A stretch of DNA of 64,000 nucleotides, taken from assembly GCA_964252035.1 (NCBI GenBank), contig CAXUOO010000157.1; one strand, 5' to 3'. The translations under genes and the position numbers were made by a program. Below, one piece after another: positions 1-11,644 of this stretch (within the stretch, counting starts at the first letter, position 1; every line of letters starts with the position of its first letter). Origin of the DNA: Podarcis erhardii. Its lineage: Eukaryota. The notes beneath the pieces are model-generated. The model made no database searches. It had not been told where the DNA came from and saw only the letters and a program-made list of their open reading frames with translations.

Positions 1-850
1 GGCATATGCTTCAACTGCGGAAGTTCGGATCATATATTAAAAAATTGTAAACAGGAGAGGAAGCAAGTAAGCAGCTCGAATAATCGTTAACGCATTGCCT
101 TGTATGCGCTGCTGATGTGGGTAGGGCAAGAGAAAGCACGCAATAAAAAGAGTTTGAACAGCATTTCGATGTTACTAAACAGTTGAAAGGTACATTTTCG
201 TAAAGGAGAGTACATTCATCAGATCTATGGCTCTATACGCGCACTCTGTGGCAGGTGCGTGAGTAAAAATGTAAGTGTATGAATTTTTGTTTCCTGAAAA
301 TTTAAAACTCACTTAGACCTTTTTTCATTTCAAATTTTGGATAAAATTACAGAATTTGCAGTGTTGTCATTTGTGTTCACATGTGTTAATATTTACAGGA
401 TGGTAGTTTGCCATACGCTCTCTGCTTCATATGCGATGGAAAAGGCCATATCTCTTCAAGTTGTCCTAAATCAACTACAGGTGAGATAGGAACGCTTACT
501 GGCTACAATTTGGCTCAATGTGTATGAGACGTGATTCATTGTTTTGCGTGAGTCCCGTGAGCAGCAGATATACCTTTGTTTCGCGCGGCTGCATTTGTCT
601 TACCTATCCAGGCAAGTATCCAAAAGGCGGGTGCTGCCGCACGTGCGGAAGTATATTCCACCTTCAAAGCAAATGCCCCGATTTTCGCAAGCAGCAAGAA
701 TCTGTGCAAAACACCTCCGGAGATGCATTGAAAAAGCGGCGGGTTAAGAATGCTGTTGTTCAAAGTCTAGCATCAGCAGCATCGGCTACCTGTGCCAAAG
801 AATCCACAGAAATTGACCCCGACGAATTTTGGCTGTCCCGCCCTGCTTAA
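1..850 (+). CDS. ZCCHC9: CCHC zinc-knuckle protein, ZCCHC9-like; 5'-truncated at the window edge; exons 1-66, 399-480, 612-850
   Basis: Splicing GTAAGC(67)..TTACAG(398) and GTGAGA(481)..ATCCAG(611) gives GICFNCGSSDHILKNCKQERKQ-DGSLPYALCFICDGKGHISSSCPKSTTG-KYPKGGCCRTCGSIFHLQSKCP...*. This contains three CX2CX4HX4C knuckles, with the LPYA-CFIC and GKYPKGGCC linker pattern I recall from ZCCHC9-family proteins. Phases 0 and 1 match. Confidence 0.85.
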
Positions 851-2883
851 TCTTTTCGAGTTGTTTCCTCTTTTTCATCTTAATTATGTGCTTCTTCCAT
901 TTTTTTTTTCGATTTACCAGATGTGGCATGATCGATCAATTACAGTATACAAATCTATATGCGTATATTTATGCGAAATATATATATATATATATTACTC
1001 TTAGGTTTAAAATAACTTGCTTTTAAAAACGTTGTCTGAGAATTTCTCTATGCAATTGCAGGTTTTCTTATTGTCGTAGATGCCAATTTGCCAGCGTGAG
1101 CGGTATTCTCCCCGTAGAGACAGAATGCGTTCTTTTTATTGGTCTGTCGCTTGCCGACTTGAAACAGATAGTATCCTGAACTTCAACAACGAGCGCAAGC
1201 ATGCGACGGTTTATCAAAGCTACACACATGTATTTATATATATATATATATATATTACATATGCACATATATGATTATCACGCGTTTGAATGTAGCTATA
1301 ATGTTTGAAGCTGCTTCCCCATTCAATCAACTTTTGTCGTCTGCAACTAGAATACTCTATTCAGATAATGCGGAGAAACAAGGATGCCGCGCGTAAGGCA
1401 ACACAATTTAGACGTCTGCAGGAGGGTTTGAAACCCTGACGGTTACAAATTCAACCGACTCTATAATATTGAGTTATATGCAGCATGTGAGCGCTCTGTT
1501 CTGGTATAAAAACAGTCGCAGATGCTTTGGGTCTTGAATCGTTCGTCAGATAAACGTCTACTCGCGAAGCCTTTTCAAAACTTATCAGGCATGGACAGCG
1601 CTGCACGAAGAGGCCGATAATTTCAACCCTCATAAAGCTGCCCCTTGCGTTTCCTTCCATTGTTTCTCAACATAGCCTCGCAGTGTCATGTTGTGTAGGA
1701 GTCAGTGTATACAGGACTACTGTTTTCTAGTTCGCACTGACGATGATTTTAATTGCATTTATTCTTTCAGATCGAGTGCCTTGCATGAATGTAAACAAAC
1801 AGTCAATTCATGCTATTCATGAAACTTTGTAGGGTAAAACTAAGTTTGTGATTTACATCATGCGGCACATAGCAAGCTTTCTGCTATTACAACTGCGTGC
1901 ACACTTAACGTAACTTTTACCTCATGTTGACGGATAACGATATCTTTGCTGATCTACCCTTGAGCTTTTGCCAGTTAGGCGGTAACAATCAAGCAGAGAA
2001 TGACGCATATGTCTTAATAATATCTGAGATGCAGTTGAAATTGTCTACAGTATTTGGTATCTTTCCTTATACGAGTTACATACTATTTATCTCGCTCAGC
2101 GGCTTCGGACTCCTATTTTTTTCTACATGTCGTGCCGGAACGAATGGCCATTCGACAATTTTCGAATAAACCTTTTTTAAAAAAATGCGGCTTCAGTCTT
2201 GCACTTTATTCCTGACAGTCGACTACTAATTTGTTTTTAATATATTTGATAACCAGTGTGCTGACCCTTGTGCACGTTAGTACATTCTTGACCAGGGAAC
2301 GAGCATAAACGATACTATAAAATTAGGGCCGATTAGCGTCAAGACGCGCTTCCGAAGCTGCTGCCTTCAGTGCTATTCGAGCGAGCTAGAAGTTTGAAGG
2401 CCAGACAAAATCCTGCCTTTTACACGTGGTAAAAAGCGTTTTAGTGCGCACTCCCTGCTGCGTTTTTGTGTTATTTGAGCAAATAATTTTGAAGGCCAGA
2501 CACGTAGGCTAGCTGGAAGAAGTTTTTGTGCGCAGTCATATAAGTCGTTTCGAAAACTACAAAGTAAAGCGTCCTGCATTTTCCGCACAATCCAAGGCAT
2601 CGGCAAGCCTCATTCAGGTCAAATACCTTTTGACGTACGAATTGGTAATTTATGAGAGCGGATTCTAATATGAGGTAAGTTTTCTGGAACTTGCCGTTCC
2701 CGAGTCAAATCATTCTAGATGTAGACACGAGCCTGCCATGGCATATAGCCAGAATGTCTAGTTCAACCCGTCATCGTTTTCAAAACGATTCCGTAAATCC
2801 GTACGGAAATCAAAGCGACATCCGATTGTTTGCACCTGGCTTGTGCTGCCACTCAGTGCACCTGTTGTAGCAGTAGCATATAT

Positions 2884-2974
2884 AGAACTGTGAATTGAAG
2901 CGTCCTTGCTGCTGTGTTTTACATAGTATAAACAGAACTGTGAATTGAAGCGTCCTTGCTGCTGTGTTTCACAT
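2884..2974. repeat. Two-copy tandem duplication, 50-nt period
   Basis: AGAACTGTGAATTGAAGCGTCCTTGCTGCTGTGTTT at 2884 and 2934. Confidence 0.9.
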
Positions 2975-4499
2975 CAGAGGATTCCACGGTAAAACTGCTA
3001 GACAGGTTGGCACGTCAGGGAACGAGTTTTGAAACTATTCTACCCAAGGCGAAGAAGAAGCCGCTAGATATTTCGGATCATGGATCAAAATCAAAGGAAG
3101 AATAGAAGTTACCATCCTGGCTCCAAATTGGAGCCTCGATAAATTAGTCCAAGAAGGACTTCCGTGGGGGAACGCCCACTCAACATCATACTCACCGACC
3201 CATAACTCTGCCCACTTCTTTAGCAGCGGTTGCTGTCTTGAAAGTACGTTGCAAAGTTCTCTTCTGCCCGACACGAATGAGTAACGAACTACCCCCCCGT
3301 CACCCAGCTGCTGCTTCGCTCACCCACCCGTAGTCACTATTTGAGGACTGCTGGCAAAAGCCTGTTATGGCTTCGTGGAGTTTACAAGTAAGGGCAACTT
3401 GTCTGTACATAACACTGTAATTTGCAACATTTATAGGATCTTGTCATAATTGGGAAAAGGTGCTACATCAATCCGCATTACCGCATTGCACACGCCTAAA
3501 TCCACCAGTCGACGTTGCTTGAATAAACGCATTAGTGCTCTCAATGTGATATGCGACAATATCTACCACCACTGCAAATTTGAATCGTTGTTACATCAGA
3601 ACTGAATGCAAGGGCAGTGTTCTGTGCATCGGTGTATGAATTTAGGTTTCTGGAAGCAGAACACAATCAAATAAACGTGAAGACACACTGTCGTACTCTA
3701 TAATCAGCAATGCCGTGACGCATAATAGCACTGTACATAAGTATAAGGTTGTTATTTCAACTGATTGTACAATTATACCAATTTATGCAGTGCCACACAT
3801 CGGTGACTGTATTATTTTTCCGCGCTGAATGGAAATGATTGATAAAGCAATTTGCTGCACTCCATTCAAATCTTGAGGCGATACAGTGTCAAAGACGTAA
3901 TTACTGGAACGATATTTCTTGAGGCAGATTCAGCTAGGCACAAAAAGTAACTGTTCCGGTCGTGCACACCACCATTGTTTAGATCTTGTTTCCAAATCGT
4001 ACAGAATTATTTCGACGACCTGGGTCAGCGTGTGAAACGCACGTTGGTGCAAATACAACTAGATTTTCCATACGGAATTTAATAAGCGTTTGAGGTGTTG
4101 TCTGTCGCTGTGACGGTGAATAAGGCGATCTACTATAGAAGTCATCCTGTTCGAATACAGTCGACTGCTCTGACCGACTGCGCATTACCAATATTGTCAA
4201 TCGAATTTTGAAAGCCTCCCGTCTTGGTGAATTCCTCAGATCGCCGCTCAAATTCTGTCAAAGCGCTACCGTTAAGTGCCTAACTTTTCCCTTCCAATTT
4301 GTAAGCACTTATACATATGAGGGGTCACATCTCTTTACAAACGTGCAGGCGACACACTTGAAGTACACAGAAGGGCTCTGTGCTGATTGAAAGTCTTTAC
4401 CGTATAGTAATGTGGCACCACAGGCATATGGCCATGACACAAGTAGTCGCCTAGAGCTTCCGTACACGGTTCACCGCAGAATGTAGTCTGAATTGTTGT

Positions 4500-7236
4500 A
4501 TGTATATGTATGTACCAGAGCAGGAAAAATTTGGGATTGAAAAACTGCACAGTCATTCCGCAGGCATTTTGACATTCAGTCGATGTTTTCCTTCCTCAGG
4601 TTCGTCAACCTCTAGACAACAACCCTCACATGCTCTGAAAGCGATGAAAAAAAAGTGCGAAAGCACAAGCAGGGGCTTGTTCTATCATGGAAAAACAGCG
4701 GCTCTGTCGAATACTCCGATGAGTCCTGAAATTGCTCTGAAGAGCTCTTCAATCACTAAATGGCACAATGAGACGTCTGCAGCACGTTACACCGAGGGGT
4801 TTGAAACCGCGTATGGCATCGCAAAAAGTAATTACTCAGAAAGACCCACCTGTGCAGGTGGTTCGTGTGAGGCACTTGATTTGGAGTTCTGTGATACAGG
4901 CTACGCACAAGCTTCGACTGTATCCTCGCGGTTGCTGCAAACCCTGACCGCAAAGCTTTCTGGCACGCAGTCTGAAGACCCTCGTATCTCGTCTTTGTTC
5001 CTAAAATTGCTCGCTAAAGAGCTCTTCTGTGCTCGTCCCCCCGCACGTAATGTCTTTCGCGACTCGAATGGAAACGAGACGTCAATGGGAGAAAAGCAAA
5101 TTCTGGTAACAAAAGCTGCAGCGGCTCTCGGACAACTTTTGTTAAAACTACCAGTTTTAAATACCGCAGAAAGCCAAAAATCACACCCTCAGCAGCCGCC
5201 ACGGAATCAGCCGCCGGGACAAAGCGCTATTAGTAGTACTGCTGGTTCAAGGTGTTTCGACAAAATGGATAGTTCAATCCAGAATAGATACACTTCCACC
5301 TTTGATTGTTCTAAACATATACTCACACACAGACAGGAGACGGGCATGAGGGTCAAAGAGCTAGACAAAACGAGTTCGTCCTTTACTAAAGTGAATGATA
5401 CCAGCGGCGCGGTTGTTTTAGAGCGTCCGCGTCGTTACATTAGAAACAGCAGTAAGAGCAACAGGAGTTACATCAAATCAGCCTGTGAGTACACAAGGGC
5501 GGAGCGGATGGCTTCTTCCAGAACCGGGATTTCTGGAAATTCACGGTTACCCAACACCGCTCTCATGCCATTAGGTTCCTCACTGTCATTCAGAGAAGAA
5601 GCCGCGGAAGACTTTGTGTACTCAAAGCTGCAGGTTCTATCTTTGTGTGCACAACTAGGACAGAAACAGCAACAGCAAGAATGCATGAACGGCGGCAGAC
5701 TCAGCGAGGCTGTAGCAAGTAATAAAAGTAGGGAATCAGAACTTGAAGGGCTTCGGCTGATCTCATGGAATGTCACTACTCCAGAGAATCCTGAAAGATG
5801 TGAACAAGTTGAAAAATGTAGCAATCATTTCGGAAGTAGATCTAACGTAGGGCACACTAGCACAGAGCGACCTGTGATTCCAGGAAGAATATTACTCTGT
5901 ACATCACCCGAACCCCTCAACATTCATGCTGAGACGTGCTGCCCGCAAATGAACTACCGCTCAGCTACATACCCGACAGCCGCACTTCCGCTTGGATTTG
6001 CTGCAGAGACAGAATTAGAGAGCAAGTCATCATGTGTCAGATATGAAGCAGTGGCTAGTGATGAACAGTCATGCAGCAATGAAGGGAGCAGCAATCGCAG
6101 CTACACAACGAATGAAGCGTTTCAAAAGAGAATCCTCTCAAATTTCATGACGCACGGGTGTATGGATACCGTAGCTAACCAGTTTCATGCCGCTTCTGTC
6201 AGTGTGCCAGCACGGCCGCAAATACATATGGCACGTGAGTTTGCTGATTTATCTGATGCGTATCACTCATCGCAAGGACGTAGTTCCGTGGTGACATACA
6301 ATTTTGACGAAGTCGCGGAAGAAACACCTATCATGAAAAGAGACCCTTTCAGCAGTATAGGCTCAAGCGAACCGCCAGCAAAATTATCTGAACACCCAGA
6401 AAGACCTTGCGAGGTGGGGTCATACACAAGCGCCGATGCATTGGCTGTAGATCCAGCTATATATAACAGTTCTCAGAAAAGCGAACAGCATGTCAACGTT
6501 ATGAAAATGGTCGCCCTGCAAGCACTTTGCAGACTTACGGATCAGCCACAACAGGAGCCGTCATCGGCACATTATCTCATGACAGAACTATTAGATATAA
6601 CGCCACAGGAATTCCAAAGTGCGTTGCAGCTTCTCCTGTCTGAAGTTGCTTGCAATGTGCGGCGTCTGCAAAACCCCGCAGGAGGTTGTAAAACCACAAC
6701 GAAAGGTGAAGATGAAGTGCTACCCTCAACAGAAGAATGGACTGTTGATCTTCAAGTGTGGGCACAGCTCGTGGCGGTCTCCCTAATACTTTATGGGTTT
6801 AACTATGATGATGAGCAGGTGAGCTAGATTTTTTCCTGGAAGCACACCAGTTTCCAAACTCGCACTGTCGTAGTGAATCAAAGCAGGAGTGAATCTTTGC
6901 TGTCCTTCGGTATGCAAGAAATACAGTTCCTAATTGCTGCGGCTGCTGTATTGCTGTCCCTGCCTGACACGAGCGCCGTTCCATTACTGAGAATGAACTT
7001 CCAGCTTCATATATAAGCAGTCTCCGGGCTATACCTTATTCTTTTAGACATGTTTATATCAACAACACGCCACACGGACCGTCTACACCGTAAGAAGGAA
7101 GAGCAATCTGCAGAGCTCAAGGCGTATCCACGACAGGTTCGCGGGCTTGCATTTCTTCATGCAGGTGAATAAAATACTACGAACCTCGCATACGGACGAG
7201 CCCATTAAGATCGTATTGACACAAGAGCAGCAATAG
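4500..7236 (+). CDS. Hypothetical Ser-rich protein; large exon ~4600(or 4500)-6818 plus putative last exon 7165-7236
   Basis: A 775-codon ORF in non-repetitive DNA is far longer than chance. It has an acceptor-like TTTTCCTTCCTCAG at 4599 and a donor CAG|GTGAGC at 6819. A phase-0 acceptor TTCTTCATGCAG at 7164 continues as VNKILRTSHTDEPIKIVLTQEQQ*. No family recognised. Confidence 0.7.
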
Positions 7237-10200
7237 CTGCAAGGGATTCAATCAAATTCGGCTGTGAGAAACAAGGGTTGGAACTTGAACGCTGTTTGAG
7301 CTCCGTGGCTCAGCATCGCTCGTGTGCATGCAGTCAATACTAAGACTCTACTGTTACAACGAACGCTCGCGCAACGCCGACTTTGGACAGCTTTGGTGCT
7401 TGTAGCTTGAAACTCGCAGAAAAAGCCGGAAGTTCAGATCAATTGCAAAAAATTTCAAATCTTGAATGGACCGGATAATACTACCCCGATGTTCGGCAGA
7501 CGCTGCGGAAGTCACAATTGAGTCGAAGTGGATAATTTTACACTATGGAAATGCCAAGACCATTTTTCGAAAAATTCTGCTCACCGATCAAGCAAGCCAG
7601 ACGCTGTTACAGTTATAGAATACTGTGATTTACCAAGGAGACAATGCCAACCCTCTTCTGTACAAATCAAAGAGGCTAGATGTTTTGAATCCCGAGTGGG
7701 TATAATTGCAATAAAAGCATATGGGCATTCTACGGGAAAAGGAATGTACATACTGTGCGTTGCACGATACCTACTGGGAAAGCAGACATCATTGACAAGC
7801 ACAATGGCCGTGCATAGGGAAAAATCCGCTGGAAAAAAGGTGGAACGCAGCAGGACGGAAAAAACAAACAGGTACTGCTATAGAATGCCCGGCCAGGGTT
7901 TTGTTGAAGAAGATGCGCCGTGCATGGCTGTAGGCTGTCTTCAAGACTATTTAAGCCGAAGAATGTTCGGCAAGCAGTTAAGAGCTCTTTTCGAGAAAAA
8001 TGCTAAGAACGTATAATAATACGGTTAACTTTGTGTTTGTGTGATTCATATTTGTGCGACACGCATCTATAGCTTGAAAAAGCGCCTGTCTATACAAGTT
8101 ACATTTAAGTAAGCAGATTCTTCTGATGTAGCTTCCGTATCAAGAGTGGCTTCGTTTCAATCTATTCATCAAGAAATTATACTGCATCGATAGCCAGGGA
8201 AAATATGCGTCATAGCACATTGCCTCTTCAGCATTGTGTAAGTCTTACTTGAGATTTTCCTCATTTGACTTTTCATCAGGTTGTACTGCTGTGTATGCGT
8301 TGTTCTCACTGAGCGAGTGATAATGATACTGGGCAGGAAACACAATTCTGCCGTATGTGTTCAAGGGCGGGCGGCAAAAAGTATTGTCCTTTTCTTTCTC
8401 CACTTTCATATCGTACCAGCGTGTGAAAAACGATTCGTGTTCGGTTCCGTAGTGCAGGCCGTCACGCGAAAGGGACTTCGAAAGCGATCAAGCATATATT
8501 TCCGCGTAAGCGGAAAAAGAGATAAATGGCTCGATAGAATTATGTTTGCAAGCGTGTGTGATTCATATTCCGTTAAGGCATGTGTACATGTTAGCGCAGG
8601 TAGGAAAAACTTAAAGAAACGGTGTAGAACCTCTGTTTACAGCTATAATAGTGCAAATTGCACGAACTTCTATGGGCCCTCGATATGCCTATTAACTCTG
8701 TACTGTATCATCGCTAGCATTGGGCTATACTTGTGGCTCATTCGCTTGCAATAAAAGTGTGGACTGACGGAGAGTGCTACATATTTTTCTCTTACCCCTA
8801 GTATGTACTAGGCGTAATCTTCCATTGTGCTTGTGGAGGTGGGTTTTTTTTCAGCAGACAGACAAAGAGTAGGCTAGTTGTCAAACACGTCGGCGCGTTA
8901 TCAATGCGAAAATAGTTTAAGTTGTGTGTATAACTTTCGCAAGTGAGTGCAGATAAGATATTTTTAACAGTGTGAGAAAGAGATGGCAGACGAAGAAACT
9001 TTCGCCAGCAACGAAGCACTTTAAAAAAAGACTTCCGCTGCACCTTTGACAAACAGAGGAAGAACCTTGCTGGGCAACAAGTAAATCTGATTTGCTTATT
9101 TTCTCTGCATAACTCCCTGTCTGGCTCCGCAGATGGTTGCACACACATAGTTCGTTACATTTTCACGTCTCAAGTTATTTTCTATCAAACCAGAAACTTT
9201 ATCATTCGTTTAAAGACTAGTTATTTCGGCTTCCTGCTAGCAACGCCATATAAAATGATCGTTCAATATAAACATTTTTAGACTGCATATTCCATCGCAC
9301 AACAGCCTACTGATGCAGCGCTCAGCGTTTGAATCAGAAGGCCGTCCAAATGAGTGCACACACCGTTTCGGTCAAAGCCAGACAATTCCCGTGACGAGTC
9401 TTCCGCTCACAGTCTAAAGTTGGGCTTACCGGCAGTCAAAGGTTTTGCTACCGATTATAGAAGTCCACATGCATTGCAGTACACCTACACATACGCCATA
9501 CTTCTTTTATAAATTAAATGCAGGAAAATCAACTGGTGAGACAGAAAAAAAGAACGTGTGAATCTAGACCTTTTAACTTGACTGTGCGATATTGCCGAAG
9601 AAGAAATTTGTTTTTGCAGCAGAACACATGTACCATTTGCTGCTCAGGCGTGCAAGTACACGCGGAAGTAAATCGAACGCACTTCTGTAAAACCTTGAAA
9701 AATTGATCTTTTAGTCGTGAGTATTCAAGTCTAAATCACAAAATCATATCAATTACTGGATTTGTACAGTTACCTCTCTTGCTGTAATGACAAATCAATC
9801 CTGAGCTATGCGTGGTCTTTGGAGCGTCAGCATGGAGGGGCTAGCCTGTGAGTATACAGTCTCATACAAAATAATTGAGGTTTAAGGAATGCGACCAGGA
9901 AGAGTTAATTCACAGTATACTTTGATACACGGCACCTTCAATGGATTGCAACCATACTTTTTCCTCTGAGAAATACACTTGCGGCGGTAGAGCTCCAAAA
10001 TTGATGGTCAACATGATTGTGAGACAATACGAACTGTACATCAAATGCAAAGATATGCAGGTGATTAACGAAAAAAAGTACTATTTTTTGGATCGTTGAA
10101 TGTCAGCTTTGCTATCAGCTAACCCACATTAGTTCAAAGACATGGATATAGCATGCTATAGTAACCAGGTGCTGTAGAGACATATTGAGAGGCGACACCA

Positions 10201-10480
10201 AGCTTATCAAAAGCACCGTCGTCTTTTCGTTGCTAATATCGATCCAAAAACGTTCTAAGAAAGCCGCCTTGCAACCACCCAGCGGGGAGTGAAGTGAATG
10301 TGCAAATGGCGGTAAAGGCGGCAATTCCAACTGCACTTGGCATTACGTCGCTTCATAGTTTTAAAAAAGCCGAAAATCAAGCTGAAGTAATTGAAAAAGT
10401 AAAACAAGTTTTTTAAACTCAGAAATATCGTGCATCTCTCTATATCAAGTTCAAGCAAACTCCGGCGCAAATCCGCATTC

Positions 10481-11644
10481 TCACCGTACTATGTGAACAC
10501 GTCCGCTACGTATTTTCCGCTCGAGTTTTTCACGCTTTCGCTGCATTGCAGATTCTTGGGGACTTCCCACGAAAGACGTGTCAGGCGTGAACACCCACGC
10601 AAGTATATAACGAACAGCGCGATAGACCATATATGCGGGTACTACAACCCACAGCCACCACCCAGCTGGGTGAATTCCTCCTACAAACTGCGCTGCACAG
10701 GCAACGATAAAGATATCAGTGGTCAAAGAGTGCGAGACACCCAGCAGAAGACAGCGGTATATGGACTTGTACGTGCCGTAGTACAGCACGTAAGTAAAGA
10801 GTAGGGCCGCCGTTTCTACAGGCGGCGGCATAGGGAAAAAGTCTTTGAACTGATTCCGGAAGATATATAGACGGAAGAAGAGAAAAGCCACCTGAAAGGA
10901 AAAAGTTGACAAAGAATGTAACGAGGAAAGAAACACATCAGTCGAAGCAAAGCTCTTCTGAGCACAGAAAATTGTGAGCGTATCAAGACGTCAAAGCAAA
11001 TTTAGCTTCTTTTTTATGAACATCACCACAAATGAAAAGCAGCGGGAAACCCAAGTAATTGAGGGTAAAACATTTTCCGTGCATGTTCACTCCGATCATA
11101 GAACCTGTCAAGCGCATTGTCACTCTTTTGAATATCATCACATATAGAAAATAGCAAGCAGCACACGTAATCAGTAGTAAATCGTTCTCATTGCATGTTC
11201 ACTCCGCTCATAGATTCTCTCAAGCGCATTGTCTCTATAAAGAAACTTTTTTACAGACGGACACTTAGTCATGAGCATGCCGTTCGAACCTACAAAGCGT
11301 ATGGTGGCTTGCGGAGACCCCAAATGTCGTCGCAAAACATATTAAAAGAAACCATTACATGTATACTATGATCAGCAGCTTCGATACTCAAGGCTAGCGT
11401 GCCATATTATAGAATATCATGCCTTGGAAAAAAGAGTTGAAGTTTACAGCGTAACATATACACAATTCAATGAAATGGACGCAACGACGTGGCGAAGGCT
11501 TTTCCAGTATATGCTTCGTTCCACATGTGCTGAGTTTCGCAGATTCAATGGTAACGTACAGTAACAATTGAAACGGCCAAGGCGTGTTTTCGACAATATT
11601 CGGAAGCTTTGAGCTGGCGTTTTTTGTCTGCTTGTCCCCGCCAT
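10481..11644 (-). CDS. TMEM208: TMEM208/SND2 (DUF788)-like ER membrane protein; exon 1 11644-11560 (one extra G), exon 2 10891-10481
   Basis: Exon 2 encodes ...LTTDIFIVACAAQFVGGIHPAGWWLWVVVPAYMVYRAVRYILAWVF...MQRKREKLERK..., the TM helices, W-x-W-x3-P-x-Y motif and basic tail typical of DUF788. Acceptor TTTCAG at 10892; donor ACT|GTACGT at 11559. Removing one base from the G4 run (plus-strand C 11636-11639) gives MAGQADKKRQLKASEYCRKHALAVSIVT, a typical N-terminus; total 164 aa. Confidence 0.85.
11081..11236. repeat. Imperfect ~45-nt direct repeat (112-nt period) in the TMEM208 intron
   Basis: GCATGTTCACTCCG(A/C)TCATAGA..CT..CAAGCGCATTGTC at 11081 and 11193. Confidence 0.8.

Noticed and set aside
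1430-1438. AAACCCT as a telomere-like repeat (also at ~58920)
   Set aside because: Single isolated heptamers, not tandem arrays.
7528-8754. ORFs 7528-8016 and 8281-8754 as genes
   Set aside because: Non-ATG starts, no recognisable motifs or convincing splice chain, and lengths compatible with chance; possibly UTR or intergenic.
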